A stretch of DNA of 64,000 bases. Origin: Kordia sp. GTDB lineage: Bacteria > Bacteroidota > Bacteroidia > Flavobacteriales > Flavobacteriaceae. The notes below the pieces were generated by a model. The model searched no databases. It was given only the letters and a program-made list of their open reading frames with translations, and had not been told where the DNA came from. Position numbers and translations under genes: made by a program. Shown one piece after another: positions 1 through 9,174 of the stretch. Every line of letters starts with the position of its first letter. The stretch's first letter is position 1. The stretch lies in the NCBI RefSeq assembly GCF_050633145.1, contig NZ_JBOEFY010000037.1, positions 7,648 to 71,647 on the forward strand. The letters run 5' to 3'.

Positions 1-1
1 A

Positions 2-1180
2 GAAGCACGTTTATTCAATAACTTACGTGAAGACAAAAAATTCACTTATGGTTCATACTCTAGTATTGGAAACAATAAAAAAACAATTTCTACTTTTAGA
101 GCTACAGCAAGTGTACGTAACGCTGTAACTGATAGCGCAGTTGTAGAAATCTTAAAAGAGATTAAAAGTATTTCTACAGAGTTAGTTTCTGATGAAGAAT
201 TAAAGAATGTAAAAGCTAAATATGTTGGTAGATTTGTAACTGGAATTGAACGTCCTTCAACAATTGCTACCTATGCATTAAGCATTATTACACAAGATCT
301 TCCTAAAGATTTCTACGAAACATACTTAGAAAAAATCGAAGCAGTTACAAAAGAAGATGTATTAAGAGCTGCTAAAAAATATTTCTTAAATGACAAACTA
401 CGTATTGTAGTAACTGGAAAAGGAAGTGAAGTTATTGATGCACTAGAAAATTTATCTTTTGGAGGAAAAAAGATTCCTGTTAAGTTTTACGATCAATACG
501 GAGCACCAACAAAAAAGCCTGTATTCAAAAAACCAATTCCTGCTGGAGTTACTGCACAAACTGTAATTGACAACTATATCAATGCTATTGGTGGAAAAGA
601 TAAATTAATGACTGTAAGCACGCTTGTGCAAGAAATGGGCGCATCTTTCCAAGGAATGGACATGTCTATGGTGATGAAGCAAAAAAATCCAAATATGTTA
701 TCTGTTGATGTTAGCATTGCTGGAATGGGAAGTGTAAACAAACAAGTTTTTGATGGTGAAACAGGATACATGGCGGGTCAAGGTCAAAAAGCCGACATGC
801 CAGCTGAAATGTTAGCTGATATGAAATCTAGAAAAGGATTGTTTGCAGAATTATATTATGATAGTAGCAAACTTACTTTAAAAGGAATTGAATCTGTTGA
901 TGGAAAAGATGCATATGCTGTTGTTATTGAAAAAGCAACTGGAGAAAAAACAACAAACTTTTATGATGTAAAAACTGGACTTAAAGTCAAAGAAACTAGC
1001 ATGGTAAAAGGACAAGGAGGACAAGAAGTTCCTCAAGATCGTTTCTTTAGTGATTACACAGAAGTAGATGGAATAAAAATTCCTCATGGAATGGTTGTTC
1101 CTGCTGGAGGACAAAAAATAGAATTCTCTGTAATTTCAGTTAAGGTAAATGCGCCTTTAACAAAAGCTGATTTTCAATAG
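2..1180 (+). CDS. M16 (insulinase-like) zinc peptidase family protein, 5'-truncated by window
   Basis: Frame of ORF 608..1180 is open from base 2 and reads EARLFNNLREDKKFTYGSYS, the RLFxxLRExKGxTYG-type motif of M16 C-terminal domains. Confidence 0.8.
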   Translation, partial: EARLFNNLREDKKFTYGSYSSIGNNKKTISTFRATASVRNAVTDSAVVEILKEIKSISTELVSDEELKNVKAKYVGRFVTGIERPSTIATYALSIITQDLPKDFYETYLEKIEAVTKEDVLRAAKKYFLNDKLRIVVTGKGSEVIDALENLSFGGKKIPVKFYDQYGAPTKKPVFKKPIPAGVTAQTVIDNYINAIGGKDKLMTVSTLVQEMGASFQGMDMSMVMKQKNPNMLSVDVSIAGMGSVNKQVFDGETGYMAGQGQKADMPAEMLADMKSRKGLFAELYYDSSKLTLKGIESVDGKDAYAVVIEKATGEKTTNFYDVKTGLKVKETSMVKGQGGQEVPQDRFFSDYTEVDGIKIPHGMVVPAGGQKIEFSVISVKVNAPLTKADFQ

Positions 1181-1204
1181 ATAGAATCAAATAGTATATT
1201 AAAG

Positions 1205-1235
1205 AAGCCGGAAGTAATTCACTTTCGGCTTTTTT
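1205..1235. terminator. Bidirectional intrinsic terminator
   Basis: aagccggaagt-aattc-actttcggctt followed by T-run, between convergent genes. Confidence 0.75.
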
Positions 1236-1242
1236 ATGAGAA

Positions 1243-2130
1243 TTAATCTTCGGTTTTCTTTGCTTTCTTATTCACTAAATACACACCTAGCAGAATAATA
1301 AATCCACCTAAGAATTGATATATACTAAATTTCTCACCTGCAAAAACGCCCCAAAATATTGCAATAATTGGCATTGTATATGTCACTGAAGAAGCAAAAA
1401 CTGGACTCGAAATTTGAACCAATCTGCTATAAATAACTTTCGCAATAGCGGTTCCGAATAAAGATAAAATAACTACATAACCCAAAGCAATTTGCATGGC
1501 TTCATTATCTAGGATTTGATTAAAAAAACCTGTAAATATCAAAATCAATATCGCTGGAATGATGATGATGACAAAGTTCCCTGTCACTATTGCCAACGCG
1601 TTTACATCATTCAAATACTTTTTAATCATATTCACATTCAAACCATAACCAATAGTTGCCAATAGTACAAAAGCGCTGTACCAATAATTTTGACTCTCAT
1701 GAAAAGTTGCACCCGCAAAAATCAGTACCAATGCACCAACCAAACCGATCAACACACCTAAAATTTGTCTTTTAGAAACTGCTACTCCAAAAAATAATAT
1801 TCCGAAAACAATTGTATGTAAAGGCACCAGCGAATTTAGCATACTTGTTACAGCACTATCTAACTGTTCTTGTGCTAATGCAAATAAAAACACAGGAAAT
1901 AATGATCCAGCCATCGCTGTCCAAAAAATCCATTTCCACTGTGGACGCTTAATGAGTTTTACTTTATTCAATCCAACAGAAAACAAAAAAATAGCTGTAA
2001 CAGTTATTCGCAACGCACCTACTTGCACAAAGCCCAATCCTTCTACAGCTTTATCTATGAGAATAAAAGAACTTCCCCAAATTAATGACAGTAAGGCAAG
2101 ATAAATCCACTTTAATTTTGCATTATCCAT
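1243..2130 (-). CDS. EamA/DMT family transporter
   Basis: LALLSLIWGSSF N-terminus, about 10 hydrophobic segments, two EamA-like halves; start moved to MDNAKLKW (2130). Confidence 0.85.
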   Translation of the reverse strand: MDNAKLKWIYLALLSLIWGSSFILIDKAVEGLGFVQVGALRITVTAIFLFSVGLNKVKLIKRPQWKWIFWTAMAGSLFPVFLFALAQEQLDSAVTSMLNSLVPLHTIVFGILFFGVAVSKRQILGVLIGLVGALVLIFAGATFHESQNYWYSAFVLLATIGYGLNVNMIKKYLNDVNALAIVTGNFVIIIIPAILILIFTGFFNQILDNEAMQIALGYVVILSLFGTAIAKVIYSRLVQISSPVFASSVTYTMPIIAIFWGVFAGEKFSIYQFLGGFIILLGVYLVNKKAKKTED

Positions 2131-2263
2131 AGTTGTATTTCCTAAGACCACACAAAAGTCTGACAATTATTTCTAATATTTCATTCATATTTCCTTAATT
2201 TTGTAATGAACTCATAAGCAAAAATTATATTGACATTCAATATAGTTACTAAATAAAATAAGA

Positions 2264-2809
2264 ATGAAAAAAATAGTATTTGTATGCGCAATGGCATTAG
2301 CTATTGTAAGTTGTAAAAACAACACTACACCCGAAACAATATCAGTTGACACACAAACGAAAACTGTAAAAAAAGAAACTAGCAAATCAGATCTTGCTGC
2401 AAACTACAACAAAGCCGAATTAAAAATTGAAGGAATGAGTTGTGCAATGAGTTGTGCAAAGCGTATCGAAGGCAAATTAGCGGCCATGGAAGGTGTAAAA
2501 TCTGCTAAGGTAGATTTCGATCAGAAATTAGCAATGGTTGAATACAACGACGAGAAAGTTAATTTAGATGCATTGACAAACACCGTAACTAAAGTTGCTG
2601 GCGATTATAAAGTATCGGATATTAAAAACGTAGAAGCATTTTCTAAAAAATGTGGAGCAGATTGTAAAAAAGAATGCTGCACTAAAAAAGGCGAAACAAA
2701 AGAAGCTTGTAAAGCCGATTGCAAGAAAAAATGTTGTACAGAGAAAGATGCTAAAAAAGTAGCCTGTGCAGAAGATTGCAAAAAAGAATGCTGCGTTAAA
2801 AAAGCGTAA
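2264..2809 (+). CDS. Heavy-metal-associated (HMA) lipoprotein with Cys-rich C-terminal tail
   Basis: Lipobox AIVSC, LKIEGMSCAMSC metal motif, AKVDF HMA strand, three CxxxCKKxCC repeats. Confidence 0.85.
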   Translation: MKKIVFVCAMALAIVSCKNNTTPETISVDTQTKTVKKETSKSDLAANYNKAELKIEGMSCAMSCAKRIEGKLAAMEGVKSAKVDFDQKLAMVEYNDEKVNLDALTNTVTKVAGDYKVSDIKNVEAFSKKCGADCKKECCTKKGETKEACKADCKKKCCTEKDAKKVACAEDCKKECCVKKA

Positions 2810-2832
2810 ATACCACAAAACATATCACTTAC

Positions 2833-2862
2833 AAAAAGTCGTCACAATTGGCGACTTTTTTT
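2833..2862 (+). terminator. Intrinsic terminator
   Basis: aaaaagtcgtca-caat-tggcgactttttt. Confidence 0.75.
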
Positions 2863-2900
2863 GTGTTTTTACTTGAATATGATTCACTCCTAAACTACCT

Positions 2901-3296
2901 TTGCAACGTATTATTCTACACGTGAAAACTATTTGGGCACATATCTTTATTTTACTCTACGTAACTGCCATGTTACGCCCTGTAATGCCTTTAGCAAACT
3001 ATCTGATCAATCAAGATTATATTGCTGAATTTTTATGTATTAATAAAGATAAACCTGAGCTTGAATGTAATGGTAAATGTTATTTGGCAGAACAGTTAAA
3101 AAAAGCTTCCGAAGAAAAGGAAAAAAATCTACCTGCTATTGTCATGGAAGAATATCCTATCGGACTTGTATCTTTCATTTCGTTTCAAACTTCAACTAGT
3201 ACAAAAATAATTACACAAGCAAACTTTAGATACACCAATAACTATGCATTTGCGTATCTAAATTCGGTTTTTCATCCACCAACCTTTAATTCATAA
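2901..3296 (+). CDS. Conserved Bacteroidota membrane protein with CINKDKPELECNGKC motif and C-terminal FHPP; candidate regulatory uORF
   Basis: N-terminal hydrophobic helix, three Cys, ends SVFHPPTFNS, lies upstream of a metal-type outer-membrane transporter; TTG start uncertain. Confidence 0.7.
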   Translation: MQRIILHVKTIWAHIFILLYVTAMLRPVMPLANYLINQDYIAEFLCINKDKPELECNGKCYLAEQLKKASEEKEKNLPAIVMEEYPIGLVSFISFQTSTSTKIITQANFRYTNNYAFAYLNSVFHPPTFNS

Positions 3297-3321
3297 CATT
3301 AATACTTTTTTTAAACCTTAG

Positions 3322-3365
3322 CGTCACTTCGAGTGAAATTTCATAGAGATTTTGTATCGAGAAGT
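3322..3365 (+). repeat. CGTC-tagged REP-like palindromic element
   Basis: cgtcacttcgagtg...ttgtatcgagaagt, imperfect inverted repeat in intergenic space. Confidence 0.55.
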
Positions 3366-3600
3366 ACTTCACAGCTAGTATTCTAGCATTTTAGACACTT
3401 CTTTACAGCTGTGAGTCATTTCTTTGATTGACGAAACTTGGTATAAATTATTAATGTTTACATAGTACTTTTTCTGCTTTTTTAGATGGTTTCTAAACGA
3501 TCTGAAAGCACCTATTATGAATTAAAATCAAAACAATTTCGTTGCACATTTTAATACAAAGAATACTGTGTGCAACACTTTTACACCTAACAATACACAG

Positions 3601-4623
3601 ATGAAAAATATACTATCTGCTATCATATTCATAGCAGCAACATTCGCATACGCACAAGAAACGCAAGACACAACTACAAAATGGACTGGAAGCAGACCAG
3701 ACGGACACGCGCCAATCTCAGTAATGGGCGATCATACACACGGAAAAGGAGAAATTATGTTTAGTTATCGCTATATGTACATGAATATGGAAGACCTGAA
3801 TCGCGGAAGTGAAAACACAACTTTTGCCGACGCTTTATCAAACTATATGGTAACACCAACAAAAATGCCAATGCAAATGCACATGTTGGGCGCAATGTAC
3901 GCACCAAGCGACAAAGTAACTTTAATGGTCATGGCAAATTACCTAACAAGTGAAATGGATCATATAACTCGCATGGGCGGAATGTTTACTACGGAAGCTT
4001 CTGGTTTGGGAGATACTAAAGTCGCAGCTCTTTACAAGTTCTTCAACAAAGACAGACAGCAATTACACGCACAAATTGGAGTTTCATTGCCAACAGGAAG
4101 CATTGATGAGCAAGATGCAACACCAGCTTCTGAGCCAAACCAAGTGCTTCTTCCTTATCCAATGCAAATTGGTAGCGGAACGTTTGATGGTGAATTAGCC
4201 GTAACCTATTTAAAACAATGGAATAAATTTTCGTTTGGAACACAAGCAAGAACAACGCTTCGCTTCGGAAAAAACGACAATGACTATCGTTTAGGAAATC
4301 GCTACAGCTTGAACAATTGGGCAGCTTTTACAGCAACAAAATGGATCAGTTTTTCTGGAAGAGTTGAAATTGGTGCAATTGACAGAATTGAAGGTGCAAA
4401 TTCTGTGTTGAATCCTATGATGGTGATTACAGCTGATACACAAAACTCAGGAATGACCTATGCAAATGCAGGACTTGGCTTCAATTTATATGCCTTTAAA
4501 GGTTCGTTGAAAAATGTACGTTTCGGATTTGAAGCCTCGTTACCAATTTTTCAAAACATGAACGGAATTCAATTGCGCAACAAAGAAACTTTAACATTTG
4601 GATTGCAATATGCGTTCAAATAG
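3601..4623 (+). CDS. Outer-membrane beta-barrel transporter (MetA-phenol-pathway-like), Met/His-rich, probable metal uptake
   Basis: Signal peptide MKNILSAIIFIAATFAYAQ, GHAPISVMGDHTH, MPMQMHMLGAMY, C-terminal FGLQYAF beta-signal. Confidence 0.7.
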   Translation: MKNILSAIIFIAATFAYAQETQDTTTKWTGSRPDGHAPISVMGDHTHGKGEIMFSYRYMYMNMEDLNRGSENTTFADALSNYMVTPTKMPMQMHMLGAMYAPSDKVTLMVMANYLTSEMDHITRMGGMFTTEASGLGDTKVAALYKFFNKDRQQLHAQIGVSLPTGSIDEQDATPASEPNQVLLPYPMQIGSGTFDGELAVTYLKQWNKFSFGTQARTTLRFGKNDNDYRLGNRYSLNNWAAFTATKWISFSGRVEIGAIDRIEGANSVLNPMMVITADTQNSGMTYANAGLGFNLYAFKGSLKNVRFGFEASLPIFQNMNGIQLRNKETLTFGLQYAFK

Positions 4624-4643
4624 TATTCTCTAAGCTTCTTGAT

Positions 4644-4678
4644 AAAAGTCCTCAATCGATTATGATTGAGGGCTTTTT
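4644..4678. terminator. Bidirectional intrinsic terminator
   Basis: aaaagtcctcaatc-gattat-gattgagggcttttt between convergent genes. Confidence 0.8.
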
Positions 4679-4688
4679 ATTTATACGA

Positions 4689-4838
4689 TTAATAACAGTA
4701 AACCCCAGGAGGACAAATTGAATGAGATGGACAGAAGCATGAATGGTTTGGATCTATACCGCCCTTTGTTTCCAAAGAATTAAAATCTGTAATCGTTTTT
4801 TTAGTAAAAGCAAGGTTTTTGATTCGTGATTTTTTCAT
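4689..4838 (-). CDS. Double-glycine-leader peptide P1 (49 aa; core IDPNHSCFCPSHSICPPGVYCY)
   Basis: MKKSRIKNLAFTKKTITDFNSLETKGG leader resembling seven other peptides in the window; 4-Cys core. Confidence 0.7.
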   Translation of the reverse strand: MKKSRIKNLAFTKKTITDFNSLETKGGIDPNHSCFCPSHSICPPGVYCY

Positions 4839-4933
4839 GATACTATATTTTTGGTTAATAATGGTAAGAAGGTATGACAACAAATTACGAACCCACTACG
4901 GGAACACCGTAATTAACATCTATAAACCAAAAA

Positions 4934-4980
4934 CGCTCGCACCGAGCTTGCCGAAGTGAACAATCCACGAGCAAAGCGAG
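4934..4980. repeat. Degenerate REP-like element
   Basis: accgagcttgccgaagtg flanked by ctcgc/gcgag; resembles flavobacterial intergenic palindromes. Confidence 0.3.
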
Positions 4981-4981
4981 T

Positions 4982-5545
4982 TCACTCCTTCCACTCCAAC
5001 GATTCAATCAACTTTCGAATATCTTTTTTAATATACATAACGGCAGGATAAATAGAATCGTAATTTGGTCGTGCATTAAAGTATAGTGAACCTGTTAAGA
5101 AGTGACTTGTACTATCTGTTACATAAAATTGTGCTTGCGAAGCGGCATTTCCTTCCACTTCATACACCATTCCGTATACGCCTTGTTCTTTATTATCATA
5201 AATTGTAGGCTCAATATTATCAGCTTTTACAGCATGTTCATACGTTAACTTTTGTACATCTTCAAGCAATTGATTTAAGTTTCCGTTTACTGGTACATAC
5301 GATAAGTGTAGTGTTCCGTTTAAAGCTGGATATTCTAAGTTAATCCAACAATTTTTCTTCGGATCAATCAGTGCAAGTTCGTTTTTATCAAACGTATACG
5401 GACAATCCGATTGCACTTTTGCATACTTTGGTGTTGGATATTGCAAGCGTAGAAAAGCATTTGGTTTTGGCAATACTTCGCCTTCACACGAACTAAAAAG
5501 AATACTTACTAATAAAAAGATGCTTGTGTATTTTATAATGTTCAT
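4982..5545 (-). CDS. gldD: Gliding motility lipoprotein GldD
   Basis: Lipobox FSSC, PKPNAFLRLQYP, GNAASQAQFYVTDST..HFLTGSLYF, PNYDSIYPA; downstream of gldE. Confidence 0.92.
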   Translation of the reverse strand: MNIIKYTSIFLLVSILFSSCEGEVLPKPNAFLRLQYPTPKYAKVQSDCPYTFDKNELALIDPKKNCWINLEYPALNGTLHLSYVPVNGNLNQLLEDVQKLTYEHAVKADNIEPTIYDNKEQGVYGMVYEVEGNAASQAQFYVTDSTSHFLTGSLYFNARPNYDSIYPAVMYIKKDIRKLIESLEWKE

Positions 5546-6849
5546 TCTTTCAGAGTTACTTTTACTTGTTTCAATCGTTTATTATCAATTACTTCCACAG
5601 TAAACGTATAATTACCAAAGTTTATTTTATCTCGCACTTTTGGAAAACCTCTAAAAATCTCCAACACAAAACCTGCCACCGTTTCCGATTCACCTTTATG
5701 TGATTCAAATTCTGAATTGTCTTCCAATCCGATAATCTTATAGAAATCTTTTAAATTGGTTTTTCCTTCAAAGACATAGTTTTTATCGTCTATTTTGGAA
5801 TAGTGTACATCTTCATCGTCAAACTCGTCACTAATATCACCTACAATTTCTTCAATAACATCTTCCAAAGACACCAAACCTGAAGTTCCTCCATATTCAT
5901 CAACCACAATTGCCAAATGAATTTTCTTCTCTTGAAATTCGCGTAATAAATCATCTAACTTTTTATTCTCAGGTACAAAATACGCATCGCGCAAAAGCGT
6001 TGTCCATTTATAATTTTTCGCATCAATATGTGGAATTAAATCTTTTACATATAAAATTCCCAAAATATCATCCAAACTATCTTTATACACAGGAATTCGT
6101 GAGTACCCTTTTTTAGTAATTTCACTCAAAACGGCTTCAAACGTCATGCTTTCTTTCAAGGCAAAAACATCCATTCGTGGCTGCATCACTTGTTTGGTAT
6201 CTGTATTTCCAAAGGACACAATTCCTTGTAAAATTTTCTGTTCTTCTTTCGTTGTTTCGTCTTCTGAAGTCAATTCTAATGCTTGCGACAACTGATCTAC
6301 TGAAAGATTGGAACGACGTTTTCCAAGTTTTTTCTGAATTAATCCGGAAACAAAACTCATTGGCATACTAATAGGCGCAAACAATTTATCCAATACATTC
6401 AGTGGATATGCCATCATTGCTGAAAACTTATGTTTATTACGACTTGCATATACTTTGGGAAGAATTTCACCAAAAAGTAAAATTAAAAAAGTAACGACTC
6501 CAATTTTTATTACCCAACGAAACCATTCTGGAGAGATTTCTGCAAAAAACTTATCACTAAGAGAAGCAAATAATAAAACGGTAGCAATATTAATAAAGTT
6601 ATTAGCGACTAAAATGGTTCCTAACAACCTTCTTGGTTTTCGAAGTAATTTTGCTGCAAGTCGTAAACTTGCCGAATCAGATTCCTCAGCTTCATTTATT
6701 TCGGTTTGTGATAACGAAAACAGTGCTACTTCTGCACCAGAAATTAAGGCAGAGCAAAACAGTAAGACACCAAAAAAAACAATCTTGAAAATATCGAGTC
6801 CTTCAATGGACGCTAAAAAGATTAGTAAACTGGGTTCTGGATCCAACAT
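5542..6849 (-). CDS. gldE: Gliding motility-associated hemolysin/CNNM-CBS protein GldE
   Basis: DUF21 TM region, CBS pair (GYSRIPVY, AIVVDEYGGTSGLVSLED), CorC domain; overlaps gldD by 4 nt. Confidence 0.9.
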   Translation of the reverse strand: MLDPEPSLLIFLASIEGLDIFKIVFFGVLLFCSALISGAEVALFSLSQTEINEAEESDSASLRLAAKLLRKPRRLLGTILVANNFINIATVLLFASLSDKFFAEISPEWFRWVIKIGVVTFLILLFGEILPKVYASRNKHKFSAMMAYPLNVLDKLFAPISMPMSFVSGLIQKKLGKRRSNLSVDQLSQALELTSEDETTKEEQKILQGIVSFGNTDTKQVMQPRMDVFALKESMTFEAVLSEITKKGYSRIPVYKDSLDDILGILYVKDLIPHIDAKNYKWTTLLRDAYFVPENKKLDDLLREFQEKKIHLAIVVDEYGGTSGLVSLEDVIEEIVGDISDEFDDEDVHYSKIDDKNYVFEGKTNLKDFYKIIGLEDNSEFESHKGESETVAGFVLEIFRGFPKVRDKINFGNYTFTVEVIDNKRLKQVKVTLKE

Positions 6850-6872
6850 CTAAATGATTAATTATACTTCGA

Positions 6873-7352
6873 TTAAAATGGTAGATCATCATTATCATCA
6901 ACAGGTGTAGCTTGTGGCGTATGCTGTTGTGGTTGTTGAGCTGGTTGTGCAGCTTGATGATTCGTAGTTGTATTTGCAGAAGGTTTTGTTGCCGCTGCAT
7001 TGGATTGCGATTCTTGTTTGGTAGACAAAAATGTAAAATCGGTTACTTGAATTTCTGTAGTATAGCGTGTGTTTCCATCTTCGCCTTGCCATTGTCTATT
7101 TTTCAAACGACCTTCTACATATATTTTATCTCCTTTACTTAGGTATTTTTCACAAATTTCTGCGGCTTTATTTCGCACAACAACATTGTGCCAATCTGTA
7201 TTTACAACGCGTTCACCAGTTTGCTTATTTGTGTACGAATCGTTGGTTGCTATCGGAAAACGCCCAATACAACCGCCACCTTCAAAGTAATGCATTTTTA
7301 CTTCATCGCCCAAGTGCCCTATCAACATTACTTTATTTAGTGTTCCGCTCAT
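6873..7352 (-). CDS. ssb: Single-stranded DNA-binding protein
   Basis: LNKVMLIGHLG, WHNVV, YVEGRL, acidic DDLPF tail. Confidence 0.97.
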   Translation of the reverse strand: MSGTLNKVMLIGHLGDEVKMHYFEGGGCIGRFPIATNDSYTNKQTGERVVNTDWHNVVVRNKAAEICEKYLSKGDKIYVEGRLKNRQWQGEDGNTRYTTEIQVTDFTFLSTKQESQSNAAATKPSANTTTNHQAAQPAQQPQQHTPQATPVDDNDDLPF

Positions 7353-7394
7353 TGTTTTAAATTTATGTGTATAATCAAATGTACTAAAAAACCT

Positions 7395-8435
7395 TTAAAA
7401 ATTGAATTCTTCAATGAAGTTTCCAATTAGGATTGGTACAGGATATTTTCTAATTTCCTGCAAAAGTATTCCTTTTTTTAAAGTATCAGTAGTTTCTACA
7501 ATCCAAAATGTAGTATGTAAATGCTGATGTGATAGTTTATGAATCTTTTCCTTCTTATTAAATTGTGTAATAGAATAGTCGTTAATATTTATTAATTTTT
7601 CTATTTCGGATTGATACAACTCAATGTTTTCAATTGACTTTTCTGTTTCTAGTAGTGGGAACTGATACAATCCTTGCCAAATTCCTTTTCCTTTGCGTTC
7701 CTCCAGAAGCGTCTCTGTTTCGTTTGAAATTACTACAATATAATTGAACCAACGATGTTTTATCTTTGTTTTTTTCAGCTTTACAGGCAACATACCAACA
7801 CGCTGATTCTTTAAACCTTCGCAACTTTCATTCAATGGACATATAATACAATATGGACTTTGCGGTTTGCATTGCACAGCGCCAAACTCCATAATTGCCT
7901 GATTAAAATTTGCAGGATCGTCATGATCTACCACTTCAAAAGCCAATTCTTTAAACTTTTTTACGCCTTCAGTACTATTAATAGGTGTATCAACATCAAA
8001 ATAGCGAGACAAAACACGGTACACATTTCCATCAACTACGGGCGCAACTTCGTCAAAACAGATAGAAGCAATAGCACTTGCGGTATAATCGCCAACACCT
8101 TTTAGCTTTAAAAGTTCCTTATAACTACATGGAAACTGTCCATTATAATTATCTACAATATCTTTTGCAGTGTAATGCAAGTTGCGTGCGCGCGAATAAT
8201 AACCGAGTCCTTGCCACAACTTTAACACTTGTGATTCTTCGGCTTTCGCCAGATCGTACACTGTTGGAAATGCTTCTGTAAACTTCTCATAATAAGGAAG
8301 TCCCTGCGCTACGCGGGTTTGTTGTAACATAATTTCAGACAGCCAAATTCGGTACGGATCTTTGGTTTTTCGCCATGGTAAATCGCGCTTATTTTGGAAA
8401 TACCAATGTATAATTTCTTTAGAAAAGTTCATCAA
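7395..8435 (-). CDS. mutY: A/G-specific adenine glycosylase
   Basis: RDLPWR, WLSEIMLQQT, GLGYYSRARN, HhH LKGVGDYTA, VDGNVYRV, Fe-S CxxxxxxCxxCxxxxxC. Confidence 0.97.
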   Translation of the reverse strand: MMNFSKEIIHWYFQNKRDLPWRKTKDPYRIWLSEIMLQQTRVAQGLPYYEKFTEAFPTVYDLAKAEESQVLKLWQGLGYYSRARNLHYTAKDIVDNYNGQFPCSYKELLKLKGVGDYTASAIASICFDEVAPVVDGNVYRVLSRYFDVDTPINSTEGVKKFKELAFEVVDHDDPANFNQAIMEFGAVQCKPQSPYCIICPLNESCEGLKNQRVGMLPVKLKKTKIKHRWFNYIVVISNETETLLEERKGKGIWQGLYQFPLLETEKSIENIELYQSEIEKLININDYSITQFNKKEKIHKLSHQHLHTTFWIVETTDTLKKGILLQEIRKYPVPILIGNFIEEFNF

Positions 8436-8563
8436 ATCAAAATAATACGCAAAAATAAATGTTTATATCGTTAAATTTTAATCAATTAGAACATAAATAT
8501 TATCTAATTAATTATATATTTGCATCCCTTAATTTTATAAAAAATAAATAAAAATATATTAAA

Positions 8564-8854
8564 ATGACGAAAGCGGACATCGTAGCAAAGATTTCAGAAA
8601 AACTAGGAATGGAGAAGAGTGAAGTACAGGCAACTGTTGAAACTTTTATGGAAGAAGTGAAGAACTCTTTAGAAGGTGGAGACAATGTTTACTTAAGAGG
8701 TTTTGGTAGCTTTATTATCAAAACAAGAGCTGAAAAAACTGGAAGAAACATCTCTAAAAATACAACAATCAAAATTCCTGCACACAACATCCCTGCATTC
8801 AAGCCTGCAAAAATCTTTGTTGAAGGAGTAAAAGACAACGTTAAAGTAAAGTAA
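8564..8854 (+). CDS. HU/IHF family DNA-binding protein
   Basis: MTKADIV, LRGFGSF, RAEKTGRN, IPAFKPAK. Confidence 0.95.
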   Translation: MTKADIVAKISEKLGMEKSEVQATVETFMEEVKNSLEGGDNVYLRGFGSFIIKTRAEKTGRNISKNTTIKIPAHNIPAFKPAKIFVEGVKDNVKVK

Positions 8855-8892
8855 TTAAAAGAATAATTTATTAATTAAAAACATAGAGCATT

Positions 8893-8982
8893 ATGCCAAG
8901 TGGTAAAAAAAGAAAAAGACACAAGGTGGCTACGCATAAGCGTAAAAAGAGAAGAAGAGCTAACCGCCACAAGAAGAAGTAG
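8893..8982 (+). CDS. 30S ribosomal protein bS22 (mS38/AURKAIP1-COX24-like), 29 aa, not in ORF track
   Basis: Manual translation MPSGKKRKRHKVATHKRKKRRRANRHKKK* matches the basic Bacteroidota bS22 pattern. Confidence 0.85.
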   Translation: MPSGKKRKRHKVATHKRKKRRRANRHKKK

Positions 8983-9174
8983 TTTATAATAAACTACTTC
9001 TTTGTTTTATAGCTAAAACAAAAAACGTTCTTTGAAAAAAAATTACATATTGAGGTAAGCACTACTGTCTTGTGCTTGCATTCTCTTTGTGTACATTTTA
9101 TTAGGTAAAAACAATACCTGTGAAAATTGTTTAATCCATCTGTACATTTATGTATGGATAAAAATTAAATCAGA

